Shown piece by piece: positions 27,684 to 37,960 of a DNA stretch of 53,681 nt. The notes beneath the pieces are model-generated. The model saw only the letters and a program-made list of their open reading frames with translations, was not told the DNA's origin and did not search any database. This stretch comes from Candidatus Nomurabacteria bacterium (lineage in GTDB: Bacteria; Patescibacteriota; Minisyncoccia; Phycocordibacterales; UBA918). Position numbers and translations under genes: made by a program. The stretch is taken from contig JACKGE010000003.1 of assembly GCA_020632155.1 (NCBI GenBank), positions 1 through 53,681 of the forward strand, given 5' to 3'. Every line of letters starts with the position of its first letter. Position 1 is the stretch's first letter.

Positions 27684-28685
27684 GATGACAGCGCGCTTAT
27701 AAGTATCTAGATGTTCCAGCGCAATCCCCGTCCCTTTCGCTACACAAAAGAGCGCTTGATCGGCCAGCATGGCTTTAACACCTGTCCGACGTTTGATGAG
27801 TTCGGGAAAATTTCGAAGCTGTGAGGTACCGCCCGTCATGATAATGCCGCCGTCGATGATGTCAGCCGCCAGTTCCGGTGGTGTCTCCTGAAAAACGTCT
27901 TTGATGGCTTTGACCATCTCACGAAGTTCACGCGAGATAGCACGCACGATCTCGTTGGTCTTTACCTCGGTGACGCGCGGTAAGCCCGTCAGAAGGTCGC
28001 GACCTTTTATGTCCATCACTAACTCCTCTTCCAGCGGTAACGCTGAGCCAATCTTTATTTTCACTTCCTCAGCGGTCTTTTCACCAATGGAAAGATTGCG
28101 GGTCTTCTTTATGTAGTCAATGATAGCGCCGTCAATGCGATTGCCAGCACACTTCACTGAGTTTGCTGCCACAATGCCGCCAAGTGAAATAACCGCCACG
28201 TCAATGGTGCCGCCGCCAATGTCGACGATCATATGCCCCTGCGGTTCGTAAATAGGAATACCGGCGCCGATAGCAGCGAGGATAGGTTCTTTGACCACGT
28301 AGGCATTTTTAGCGCCAGCTTTGATGGAGGCTTCCACCACTGCGCGCCGCTCAGTTGACGATACGCCAGCCGGTACCGATACCATTACCTCGGGCCGGAG
28401 TACATTAAAGCGTCCTAGCGCTTTACGTAAAAAGTATCGGAGCATAGCTTCGGTGACACGATAATCCGCAATAACTCCGTCTTTCATTGGTCGATACGCG
28501 CGAATACTCTCCGGCGTACGCCCAATCATATTCTTGGCTTCGGTACCGACTGCCAGTACTTCATTTTCGTCTGATACCGCCACTACTGATGGCTCGTTGA
28601 GCACAATCCCTTCACCAGGCACAAACACGAGAATATTTGTGGTACCGAGGTCGATACCTATCTTAGGCACAAAGCGCGAAAACAT
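27672..28685 (-). CDS. mreB: Second MreB/Mbl-like actin homolog
   Basis: IGIDLGTTN, RPMKDGVIAD, EPILAAIGAG, IVDIGGGT, MTGGTSQL. Confidence 0.93.
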   Translation of the reverse strand: MFSRFVPKIGIDLGTTNILVFVPGEGIVLNEPSVVAVSDENEVLAVGTEAKNMIGRTPESIRAYRPMKDGVIADYRVTEAMLRYFLRKALGRFNVLRPEVMVSVPAGVSSTERRAVVEASIKAGAKNAYVVKEPILAAIGAGIPIYEPQGHMIVDIGGGTIDVAVISLGGIVAANSVKCAGNRIDGAIIDYIKKTRNLSIGEKTAEEVKIKIGSALPLEEELVMDIKGRDLLTGLPRVTEVKTNEIVRAISRELREMVKAIKDVFQETPPELAADIIDGGIIMTGGTSQLRNFPELIKRRTGVKAMLADQALFCVAKGTGIALEHLDTYKRAVIAKR

Positions 28686-28768
28686 CGCTAGATTCTATAG
28701 ACTTTTGCACAAATACTCAAATCATAGATGAGACGCGGTTATAGCATATATGCTATACTCACAGCATT

Positions 28769-30269
28769 ATGAATACCATCGGAGCCAAGATCGCTGACCT
28801 GCGTGAGGGTATGGGCCTTACGCAGGCAGAACTTGCCAAAAAAATTAAAACCACCCAAAGCGCTGTCGCTCGCCTTGAAGGCGGCAAGCAGAATGTCAGT
28901 ACTGAAACACTTAAGAAGATCAGTCGCGCTCTTGGTAAGAACCTCCTCACCTCCTCTCCTGGCAGTCTCAGTCTCGACATCACGGGTGGTACTAAACTTA
29001 CTGGCACTATTGAAACCAATACTTCTAAAAATGGTGCCGTGGCGCTCCTGTGCGCGTCACTTCTCAACCGTGGCAAGACCACGTTGCGGCGCATGCCGCG
29101 TATCGAAGAGGTCCACCGTCTGGTTGAAGTACTTGAGAGTATCGGTGTTTCGGTAACATGGAGTGGTAGTGATCTTACTATTGTGCCGCCTAAAAAATTC
29201 GATCTCTCCAAGATTGACCGTGAAGCTGCGGAACGTACTCGCAGTATTGTGATGTTCATCGGCTCGCTTATGCATCATCTGAGCAGCTTCAAGTTGCCGC
29301 AGTCTGGCGGGTGCAAACTCGGTAGTCGTACTGTACAACCTCATTTTTACGCACTTGAAGATTTTGGTGTTGATATCAAGACCACTGAAAAGGATTTCGT
29401 AGTAACGGTCCATAAGCGTCCGGCTGGTGACATCATTCTCTATGAGTCCGGCGACACAGTGACCGAGAACGCCCTCTTTGCGGCTGCACTACCCCAAAGA
29501 CCACCACTATTCGCTATGCTTCCGCCAACTACATGGTGCAGGAAGTGTGCGCCTTTACGTACCTGCGGTGTCACTATTGAAGGAGTCAGGACCACTAATT
29601 TGTCGGTCACTGGTGTCAGTGAGATCAACACTGATATTGAATACACACTAGCTGAAAGACCCGACCGACAGTATGTTCTTTCTTGCTGCTGCCATTGTGA
29701 CCGGTCTCAAGTATCACCATTACCCGTTGCCCAATTGAGTTCTTGGAGTTGGAGCTCCTCAAACTCAGCAAGATGGGATTTCAATACAAAGCGAGCAAGC
29801 CATACCTTAGCCACAATGGCCTTACTAAGCTGGTGGATATCACTACCAAAACCGTCAAAACTAATAGCGCTTCACGAGAAGATCTACGCCCGCCCCGTAC
29901 CCTGGCCTTAATATCGACAATCTCCCCTTCTTTGCGGTCATTGCCACCCAAGCTGAAGGCCAAACACTTATTCATGACTGGGTATACGAAAAACGCGCCC
30001 TTTACTTCACTGAACTAGACAAACTCGGCGCGGATACCGTCTTAGCTGATCCACATCGTATCTTTGTCCACGGCAAAACCAAACTCCGCAGTGCTGAACT
30101 TATTTGTCCGCCGGCTCTGCGTCCTGCCACTATTTTGCTTATCGGCATGCTCGGAGCTGAGGGACGCAGCGTGCTGCGCAATATTTACAGTATCAATCGT
30201 GGGTATGAAAACCTCGTTGAGCGCCTCGCTTCGCTCGGCGCCGACATCAAATACCTCGAGGAGTTCTAG
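28769..30269 (+). CDS. murA: XRE-HTH fused UDP-GlcNAc 1-carboxyvinyltransferase, frameshifted several times as sequenced
   Basis: N-terminal LTQAELAKKIKTTQSAVARLE, SKNGAVALL and catalytic-Cys loop SGGCKLGSR. The C-terminal YPGLNIDNLPFF...CPPALRPA...INRGYE is recovered in another frame ending at TAG 30269. Confidence 0.85.
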
Positions 30270-30347
30270 TTTCGAAAACTTATCTACGTGCGCTTTACTT
30301 TCTGCCTATACGCGGTATGGTAGCGATTGGTAAACAAGGAGATATCC

Positions 30348-30605
30348 ATGTCGGACAATGAAAGCCCCACCGACCGCGACAAACTGCGCAACTTCACGCG
30401 CTCACTCAAACGCGCAATCGACAGCGCGGCTGAGAGGCTCAAGACTGGAGGAGTTGAAGAAAACATTGGTGTCCTCGGCGAACTCACCGTGGATCTGATG
30501 TCTCAGATCGGTGAGTTCAAGGACAAACTGCGTCAGGAAGAGGGTGACCCTGAACTTGTTGACCTTTTCAGCCGAGCCATCAAGGAAGACCATTCGAACG
30601 CCTGA
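30348..30605 (+). CDS. Small helical hypothetical protein, 85 aa
   Basis: SD aaggag before ATG 30348 (MSDNESP); terminator follows. Confidence 0.7.
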   Translation: MSDNESPTDRDKLRNFTRSLKRAIDSAAERLKTGGVEENIGVLGELTVDLMSQIGEFKDKLRQEEGDPELVDLFSRAIKEDHSNA

Positions 30606-30615
30606 TCGCCTTACG

Positions 30616-30641
30616 GGCCGCGGCTCTGCCGCGGCCTTTTT
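30616..30641 (+). terminator. Intrinsic terminator (GCGGC-TCT-GCCGC family)
   Basis: ggccgcggc-tct-gccgcggcc-ttttt. Confidence 0.8.
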
Positions 30642-30674
30642 CTGTATTTAGCGTTGATTTGCTAAAATGGCTGT

Positions 30675-32567
30675 ATGTACGTAATTGAGGTCACGCCGCT
30701 TAGCAAAAGCGCCCCTTTGGAATCGTTATCGTATTACTCCAGTACCGAATATCCTGTTGGCTCACTTATTGACGGCACCGCTACGCAGTAAGACCGTACG
30801 CGGCCTCGTGGTTGGTGTGGAAGCCGGCTCACGCCGCCAAGACTGCCGTGCGCTGCTACCTTTTCCTTCGTAAACTACCAGAGCAAACACACCTTTCTTC
30901 CCTACCACCAGTTCTAGTTGAGACTACCCGCCTACTTACCAAGGCAGTACCCAACTTCAGTTGGCAGTGCCCTCTCAGCCCTATTGCCACCTGAAGTGCG
31001 TGAGGGTGAGGCAGAGCTTGAGTCAAACCTACCGTGTATCGGTTCGTATGAAGCGCCAGCAGTCTCAGTCCTTCAAGGCCGTGAGGAAGAACGTTTTCGC
31101 GTCTATCGTAGTCGCATTCGCGAAGCCTTTGCCCATCGTGGCTCAGTACTGTTCATTGTGCCATCTGCCGCTCACATTAGCCAAGCAGTAGAACTGTTAT
31201 CTCACGGTATTGAGAATCGCATTGTCACTTTAACGCCACAACAAACAAAAAAGAAGCGTCTTGAAGCGATGACTGAATTTCATGACCTGTCGCGAGCAAA
31301 ACTCATTATTGCGACCCCAAGTTACAGCTTCCTTGACCGCCACGACCTGACGCTCATCATTGTGGAGAACTCTCGTAGTCCATATTACAAAGGACGGACA
31401 CGACCATACTTCGATCATCGTGATGTAGTTAAACTAATGGCTCGCACCACTGGACGCGCCCTTCTCTTTGGCGACCTCCTGCCGCGCGCTGAAGAAGAAT
31501 ATTTGCGCCGTGAGGATATCTATCTCACAGAAAGCGAAAATCCCAAGCGAATTGCCTTTGACAATAAAGTCGAGATCATAACTGAAACAGCCAAGGAGCG
31601 TTCCGCGAGTGCCTTTACGCTCCTGTCCGCAAAACTACTGGAAGCTATCGTAGAGACCAGCAAGGCACGCAAACCCACACTACTCTACGCTGCGCGGCGC
31701 GGTATCGCACCCTTGGTCATGTGTCACGACTGTGGCCATATCTTTCGCTGTCCCGATTCAGGAGCCCCGTATTCACTTCTAAAGACCCTCAAGAATGGTG
31801 AGGAGAGACGTTGGTTTGTCTCATCGACCTCCGGCCGCCGAGTTCCCGCTGCGGATGTGTGTCCTGAATGTGGCTCTTGGCGACTCAAAGAGCGTGGGGT
31901 CGGTATCCAACAGGTATATGACGAGCTTCGCTCCTCGCTACCAGAGTATCCGCTATTTTTGTTTGATCACACCACCGCCACCACCCATCGTAAAGCCTGT
32001 CAGATCGTGGGTGATTTCTATGAAGCCGAGGGCGGTATCTTGCTCGCTACCAGCAAGGTTCTGCCGTACCTCGATACACCAGTTGCTCTTTCAGCTATCA
32101 CTTCACTTGAGGCGGCACGAGCTATTCCGTCATGGCGAGCTGACGAAGAACTTTTTTCGTTACTACTCCAACTGCGTGAACGTACAAGTGAGCGCTGCGT
32201 TATACAGAGCCGCAGTGAACCAGATGAACTTTTGACCTACGCCAAACAAGGTTTGGTCAGTCAGTTTTATGATGATGAACTCAGTCTAAGAAACACTCTT
32301 AATTATCCTCCCTTCGCTACATTTGTGCATCTGACCATGCAGGGCTCTCCCGCAGCGCTCGATATACTGGAAGCCAGTCTGGCAGAGCGCCTAGGGGCTT
32401 GGAAACCATCTTTTTATCCTAGTGCCGGCAGTAGCACAGAAAAACCCATTCGACACGGACTCATCCGCATTCAAAAAAGTGTTTGGCCTGATCAGGCGCT
32501 TATTGCAAATCTTGCCACACTGCCACCACAGATTCGCATAGAGATCGACCCCCCACGCATTGTATGA
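30675..32567 (+). CDS. priA: Primosomal protein N' (CPR type); 5' part frameshifted as sequenced
   Basis: N-terminus MYVIEVTPLS...LSYYS at 30675, RRGIAPLVMCHDCG, CPECGSW, GVGIQQV, R..LNYPPF. Indels lie at about 30770-30950. Confidence 0.85.
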
Positions 32568-32606
32568 TTGTCGCTACTGAACCTTTTTGCTACAGTAAAT
32601 CCCATT

Positions 32607-33137
32607 ATGGCTAAACTCGTACCACAAAACCACCCTGCCCTGCACCAGATCGCTGAAGAAGTGACGCCAGAAGAGATCGCTGACGGCAGCGTGGCCAAGC
32701 TTGTGCGCGACATGCGCGCTGCCCTCGAATCGTATCGGGTGGAGGGGTTTGTTGGTGTTGCGATTGCCGCCCCGCAAATAGGCGTCTCAAAGCGGGTATT
32801 TTTAGTTGATGATCAAAGTGACGATCGCGATACGATACCGTCTTTGGTGGCTATCAATCCGCAGATAATCAAAACATCTAAACGAAGCCGCGTACACGGT
32901 GAAGGATGTCTCTCGGTTCCTGAACACTATGGTGCAGTCCGACGATACAACAACGTCACCATGCGCGCGCTTGATGAACATGGTGAGGTCTATGAACGTG
33001 GTGCCGGTGGCCTTTTGGCACAGATATTCCAGCACGAGTGTGATCACCTTGATGGCACACTTTTTGTCGATCGCGCTGAGCAAGTCTGGAGTAAAGACGA
33101 GATGGACGACCATCCGCATCGTGAAGCAAACCTATGA
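32607..33137 (+). CDS. def: Peptide deformylase
   Basis: GVAIAAPQIG, EGCLSVP, QHECDHLDG. Confidence 0.95.
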   Translation: MAKLVPQNHPALHQIAEEVTPEEIADGSVAKLVRDMRAALESYRVEGFVGVAIAAPQIGVSKRVFLVDDQSDDRDTIPSLVAINPQIIKTSKRSRVHGEGCLSVPEHYGAVRRYNNVTMRALDEHGEVYERGAGGLLAQIFQHECDHLDGTLFVDRAEQVWSKDEMDDHPHREANL

Positions 33138-34018
33138 AAGACCAGCCAAAGATAGCCTATTTGGGTGGCGAACCGCTTGGTGCCCCAACCCTCGAAGTCT
33201 TGTGTGAGTGTGGTCTTTCCCCTGCGCTAGTGGTCTGTAGTCCAGACAGGCCAAGCGGTCGCGGACTGACCGTAACGCCACCACCTGTGAAAACAGTTGC
33301 TTCCTCCAAAGGTATTTCGGTCTTGCAGCCAGAGAACCTAAAAGACCAAACGGCACTGGCACCTTTGCTTACCGAAGACTGGGACCTGTTTGTCGTAGTG
33401 GCGTATAATCATATCTTGCCGAAATGGCTTATTGAGCACCCAAAACACGGGACTATCAACTTACATCCTTCACTACTTCCAAAACTACGTGGCCCTAGCC
33501 CGATTCGAACTGCCATTTTAGAAGACAACCGCGACGCGGTCGGGGTAAGCGTTATGCTCATGGATGAAGAGATGGACCATGGCCCTCTATTGGCCACCGA
33601 GCAAGTCATTGTCCCTACTGATGAGTGGCCGCTTTCTGGAACCGTTCTCGACAAGCTGCTGACCGAAGAAGGAGCGCGACTCTTGGCGGACACCATTCCT
33701 CTTTGGCTTGCTGGCTCACTCGTTCCCCAAGAGCAAGACCACGAGAGAGCAACGTACACCAAAAAGCTTACTCGTGCAGACGGCGAGCTTCTATTAGATC
33801 CATTCTCCCCCCCTTCCGGAACCGCTGCGTACGAACTACTGTGTAAAATACGCGCCTTTGCTGGTTGGCCAAGTACCTATTTCTTTGCAGATGGTAAGCG
33901 TATCAAAATAACCGAGGTCGAGTTAGCAGACGACGGCAGTCTAAAACTCCTACGAGTCATCCCCGAGGGTAAAAAAGAAATGGATTTTGCCGCCTATCGC
34001 GACAGTCTAGGTGCTTAG
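33134..34018 (+). CDS. fmt: Methionyl-tRNA formyltransferase
   Basis: PDRPSGRG, NLHPSLLPKLRGPSPI, MDHGP, IRAFAGWP. Confidence 0.95.
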   Translation: MKDQPKIAYLGGEPLGAPTLEVLCECGLSPALVVCSPDRPSGRGLTVTPPPVKTVASSKGISVLQPENLKDQTALAPLLTEDWDLFVVVAYNHILPKWLIEHPKHGTINLHPSLLPKLRGPSPIRTAILEDNRDAVGVSVMLMDEEMDHGPLLATEQVIVPTDEWPLSGTVLDKLLTEEGARLLADTIPLWLAGSLVPQEQDHERATYTKKLTRADGELLLDPFSPPSGTAAYELLCKIRAFAGWPSTYFFADGKRIKITEVELADDGSLKLLRVIPEGKKEMDFAAYRDSLGA

Positions 34019-34386
34019 AGTGTGAGCGTGAACGCCTCAAACTGGCTTGGCGTCAGGTGTGACGCGTAACGTTCAGTCACACTCTCACCGCGACTCATAG
34101 CTTGACGCAGCATGTGCGCTGCAGCCGAAAGTGCCAGCCCAAGATGCGGCTTGGCCGCCACTGCCATAAAGTTTTCATGCTCGCCGATGGCTTTCAGCGA
34201 AACAAAGTACATAACACTGCCGTCACGTGCGGACGAACCGCGAATAACGACATTAAGCTCGCTACCACCGGCTTGGCGAAGAACACGCGTGATAGACGCG
34301 AGGCGTTTCCTAATAAGGCTCATACGTTCGTCAGTTAGCTCTACGTTGGTTGCTTTGGTATTGATGAACAAATGTTCCATAGACAA
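34015..34386 (-). CDS. Divergent HPF/RaiA-like (S30EA) protein
   Basis: INTKATNVELTDERMSLIRKRL...ALSAAAHMLRQAM follows the HPF pattern; adjacent to a canonical copy. Confidence 0.55.
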   Translation of the reverse strand: MSMEHLFINTKATNVELTDERMSLIRKRLASITRVLRQAGGSELNVVIRGSSARDGSVMYFVSLKAIGEHENFMAVAAKPHLGLALSAAAHMLRQAMSRGESVTERYASHLTPSQFEAFTLTL

Positions 34387-34530
34387 CCTATTATGCTACT
34401 AACGAAACACGGTTAGCATGGAGTGAGTATCAGTCAGTCGGTCCTCCATACCGACACTGCTTCACTACCCATGGTACACCCTGCTCGTGAGTGAAATCTA
34501 CTACCAAACAATATCTGTTTCTCGTCAAGG

Positions 34531-34573
34531 TACGCTAAAAGCCCCGCGGCTCTGCCGCGGGGCTTTTAGCGTA
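34531..34573. terminator. Perfect 20-bp-arm palindrome after hpf (GCGGC-TCT-GCCGC family)
   Basis: tacgctaaaagccccgcggc-tct-gccgcggggcttttagcgta. Confidence 0.8.
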
Positions 34574-34575
34574 TG

Positions 34576-34938
34576 TTACCCACCGAAGTTCAGCATTTCT
34601 TTTATTTTGCGACCGCCGCGCTTAAAGAGCGTCTCTCGTTTACTACTGGCGCGACGAATCTCCTTGTCGATCTCGTTTCGCATCATATCAATGGCCTTTT
34701 CAAAACTATCACTGGTGGCCTCCGCCCGATACAGCTTGCCATCTACCGATAGGTTGGTTTCAACGCGATACACGTTGCCACTTTGTTGATTGGTGATTTT
34801 CTCGAACTCTACGTCACAGACCGTAGCAGTTCCGGTAATATGCCGTTCAAGTGAACTGAGCTTACTGGTCGCGAGTTCCTTGTGAGCTTCAGTCACCTCA
34901 TCGCTACCAACTTTGAAATTTATGATTGGAAATGCCAT
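34576..34938 (-). CDS. hpf: Ribosome hibernation promoting factor / RaiA family
   Basis: SKLSSLER, YRVETNL, LYRAEATSDSFEKAID...EIRRASSKR. Confidence 0.85.
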   Translation of the reverse strand: MAFPIINFKVGSDEVTEAHKELATSKLSSLERHITGTATVCDVEFEKITNQQSGNVYRVETNLSVDGKLYRAEATSDSFEKAIDMMRNEIDKEIRRASSKRETLFKRGGRKIKEMLNFGG

Positions 34939-34948
34939 AACGTCATTC

Positions 34949-35188
34949 TTAGTTTGGTAAAGTTATATCAAATTTTTTCTTCAAAGAACGGTGTCCGGTA
35001 ATACAGCGCACGTTCTTTACGGGTACATCATACCATTCTGAGAGGATTTGCCGAATTCTTTGGTTGGCTGCACCCTGCTTGGGCGCTTCTTTAACGGCAA
35101 TATTAAACATATATTCAGCAGTGAGTACTACCTGCTGTTTGCGAGCGTTCGGTTTTGCCACTACCCGCACTTCTATACTCTTACTCAC
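34949..35188 (-). CDS. DUF167/YggU family protein, 79 aa
   Basis: VRVVAKPNARKQ, IAVKEAPKQGAANQ, ITGHRSLKK; GTG start overlapping the upstream stop. Confidence 0.85.
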   Translation of the reverse strand: MSKSIEVRVVAKPNARKQQVVLTAEYMFNIAVKEAPKQGAANQRIRQILSEWYDVPVKNVRCITGHRSLKKKFDITLPN

Positions 35189-35486
35189 ACGACTCACACG
35201 TTTGACCTGTGGTATGCACTTTGACCTTCGGTGCGTCAGCTGCCTCACCGCTGCCGTAATGCTTTTGGAGGTGCGCAATAATATCTCCTGACTCGTACAT
35301 AGCTACTCCCGCCTCACTATCTATCAAATACGGCACTTGGCCTTTCCCACCCTTTTCGATAAGCTCAGCCCGAATTGCATCGTCCGCGGTAATGTCTTTC
35401 AGCTCTACTTCGAGCTGTAACTCCTCAAGGGTGGCGCGTACTTTTGCGCAAAATGGACAGGTTGGTTTGAAATATAAAGTCAACAT
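35181..35486 (-). CDS. Glutaredoxin/GST-N-like protein with an extra C-terminal CxSCE tail
   Basis: CPFC, GKGQVPYL, MYESGDII; tail APKVKVHTTGQTCESCE. Confidence 0.85.
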   Translation of the reverse strand: MLTLYFKPTCPFCAKVRATLEELQLEVELKDITADDAIRAELIEKGGKGQVPYLIDSEAGVAMYESGDIIAHLQKHYGSGEAADAPKVKVHTTGQTCESCE

Positions 35487-35490
35487 AACA

Positions 35491-36108
35491 TTAGTTTTGA
35501 GCAGTAATACGCTGGTAACGACCCGTTAACTCTGCGTTAGCAATGGCCATCCCAGAGGCGGCCGTCTCAAGTTCATCCAGTGTCGGTGCTTTGATGAAAT
35601 TGAGGTGACCAGAGAGTGCATAGAGCCGGAAAATATACCGATGCTCCGTCGGCTCATACTCCGGTGGTGGACACGGACCGGTGTACACCGCTTCACCGCG
35701 TCCATTAAGTCCAAGAGTTCCCGATAGATTATCAGCCGTAAGCGTATGCGTGTCAGGTGACAAATTGTACACCGCAAAGTGATCGAACTTTTCGATACCC
35801 ATGCGCTCTTTTACCGCGGTTGGAATATCCGGATCATCCATCACTAAGACAAGTGAGACCGTTCCCTCAGGCACTCCACTTATTTCCAGTGGTGGCATGG
35901 TGTTGGCACCATCACAGGTGTACTCACTCGGAATCATTCCGTTGTTGGTAAAGACTGGTGAAGTGAGTGTAAGTGACATAGGTATGGTGTCATTAGTGGA
36001 CACTGGCGCATCTTCTGGTGTAGGCGCTTCGGCTCTCTCTACCAGAATATACGCTCCGCCAAAGACGATGATAAAAGCTAACCCAAGAAGCGCGTAGGCG
36101 TTTCTCAT
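35491..36108 (-). CDS. YbhB/YbcL (PEBP) family protein with N-terminal anchor
   Basis: YTCDG, LVMDDPD, YTGPCPP, HRYIFRLYAL. Confidence 0.9.
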   Translation of the reverse strand: MRNAYALLGLAFIIVFGGAYILVERAEAPTPEDAPVSTNDTIPMSLTLTSPVFTNNGMIPSEYTCDGANTMPPLEISGVPEGTVSLVLVMDDPDIPTAVKERMGIEKFDHFAVYNLSPDTHTLTADNLSGTLGLNGRGEAVYTGPCPPPEYEPTEHRYIFRLYALSGHLNFIKAPTLDELETAASGMAIANAELTGRYQRITAQN

Positions 36109-36130
36109 AATACTTCCAGTATACCACGAG

Positions 36131-36997
36131 CTATTTTTGACACTTTGGACAGTAGTGTGTGCCTCGTCCGGCTACCCGTATCTTTTGCACCGTTGTGCCG
36201 CAGGTTATACAAGGTGTGTTCTGCTTACCAAATATTTGCAGTTGCTTAGTAAAATTACCGTTTTCTCCTTTGGTATCTACAAAGTGCTGAAACGTGGTAC
36301 CCCCAACAGTGATAGATTCACGCATCACCTCTCCGGCGGCGCGGCAGAGCCGCGCCGCCTCCGCCTTGGTAAGTTTATCTGCCCGCCGCGTCGGCCGTAC
36401 GCCAGCGCGAAAGAGGGCCTCATCGACGTAGATATTTCCAAGCCCCGCTACAAAGGCTTGGTTTAGGAGGGCTGCTTTAATGGACGTGCGCTTTTTCTTA
36501 AGAGCGGCAGCGAACCACTCACAGTCGAAATCGTCTGCAATTGGCTCTGGTCCAAATCCGGCCCGTGCTCGCTCCACCGCTTCCTTGCTAGCACGTTTTA
36601 TGTAGCCAAAAAGGCGCATGTCGTTGAAGTAGAGTGCTGAGCCGTCAGTAAAGTAAAAAGCCACACGGGTGTGTTTGTTAGGAAGCCCCCGCACGTCAGC
36701 CTCGGTCATAGAGTGGCCGCCGCCAGAGAGCTCACCGTCTTTGGCTACAAAGAAAAACTGTCCGGTCATTTTTAGATGCGCCAAGAGAAACAGGTTTCTC
36801 TGGCGCGCAAAGGAAACTATCATCAGTTTCCCCACCCGATCGATATGTTCGATAGTCTTTCCAACGAACGTATCCTCAAATTCCTCATCAAAACCGACAC
36901 TCTTACTATGAAAAACCTCCACTCCCTTAATGGTCTTTTTGGGTAAGTGGTAGAGCAGTTGTAGTCGAACGGTCTCGACTTCGGGAAGTTCAGGCAT
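36131..36997 (-). CDS. mutM: Formamidopyrimidine-DNA glycosylase
   Basis: MPELPEVE start, HLKMTG, GLGNIYVDE, zinc finger CITC...CPKCQ. Confidence 0.96.
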   Translation of the reverse strand: MPELPEVETVRLQLLYHLPKKTIKGVEVFHSKSVGFDEEFEDTFVGKTIEHIDRVGKLMIVSFARQRNLFLLAHLKMTGQFFFVAKDGELSGGGHSMTEADVRGLPNKHTRVAFYFTDGSALYFNDMRLFGYIKRASKEAVERARAGFGPEPIADDFDCEWFAAALKKKRTSIKAALLNQAFVAGLGNIYVDEALFRAGVRPTRRADKLTKAEAARLCRAAGEVMRESITVGGTTFQHFVDTKGENGNFTKQLQIFGKQNTPCITCGTTVQKIRVAGRGTHYCPKCQK

Positions 36998-37030
36998 ACG
37001 CCCGATTGTATGCAAAAATGCTGGCGGGCG

Positions 37031-37930
37031 CTAGTCGCGTACCACTACGGTAGTGCCAACATTGGCCCAGTCATACACCTTCCGTGCATCTTCCGGTGAG
37101 AGGTTCACACAACCATGCGAATACGGTGAACCGAAATTCTGATGCCAGTAGGCACCATGAATGACTGCTCCCTGCTCAGTAAAGTACAGATTCCACGGCA
37201 CTCCAGGGAGATCGTAGGTATCAGAAGAAATGCCAGGGAGTGGCCCCTGCATATAGCGGCTTGGAGTCTTTTTAAAAACAGTAAATGTGCCGCGCGGCGT
37301 CGGTGTAAGTAAAAGACCGGTAGAAATGGGAAACGACATCACGAGTTCATCGTCTTCATAGGCATAGAGCATTTGCTCGGACCGGTCTACAAGTAGTTCT
37401 TTCTTGTTTTCGGCAGTACTCGTCGCCTCGGCAATGAGCGGCTCGACAAGGTGTAACCCATCAACATACTCAGCTGCAACGTACCATGTGCCTCGCAAGC
37501 GCTCGGGATAGCGAAGCCACTCATCAAAGACCACCTCGTACCAATCACCATTTTCGGTAGTAACCTCCTTGCCAACTTTAAGCACCACATCGTTGCGCAG
37601 GCGCGCCACTACCGGATACTCACGACTAGGGCCAGAGCGTACGTTTAAACAATCACCCACATAGGCATAGTTGCAGCTATCTACCACCTCGATATACGTG
37701 ACCGGCGGTTGAGCTGGTGCTGCACCATTGGACGGCTCCACCGCTACTTCTGTTGTCTGTTTTGGAACCGTTAGCTGAGCAGCTGTCTCATGCGGACGCG
37801 GCGCACGGCATGTAGCCTGTACCCAGCCAATCAACTTAAAGCTTAAGTAAAACAGGAGTGTCAAAAACACAAAAAAGCCTACCAGTGCCAAACCAAGGAT
37901 AATGCGGTCTTTGGCCGTGTTTTGTGTCAT
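37031..37930 (-). CDS. L,D-transpeptidase (YkuD) with SH3-like domain and TM anchor
   Basis: LNVRSGPS (SH3), TPRGTF, IHGAYWH...SHGCVNL. Confidence 0.9.
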   Translation of the reverse strand: MTQNTAKDRIILGLALVGFFVFLTLLFYLSFKLIGWVQATCRAPRPHETAAQLTVPKQTTEVAVEPSNGAAPAQPPVTYIEVVDSCNYAYVGDCLNVRSGPSREYPVVARLRNDVVLKVGKEVTTENGDWYEVVFDEWLRYPERLRGTWYVAAEYVDGLHLVEPLIAEATSTAENKKELLVDRSEQMLYAYEDDELVMSFPISTGLLLTPTPRGTFTVFKKTPSRYMQGPLPGISSDTYDLPGVPWNLYFTEQGAVIHGAYWHQNFGSPYSHGCVNLSPEDARKVYDWANVGTTVVVRD

Positions 37931-37960
37931 GTCCGCTAGTATAGGGATTTTACCTAAAAA

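Noticed and set aside
29470-30960. Programmed ribosomal frameshifting in murA/priA
   Set aside because: There are too many shifts in both directions and no slippery-site plus structure signal. Sequence error or decay explains them better.
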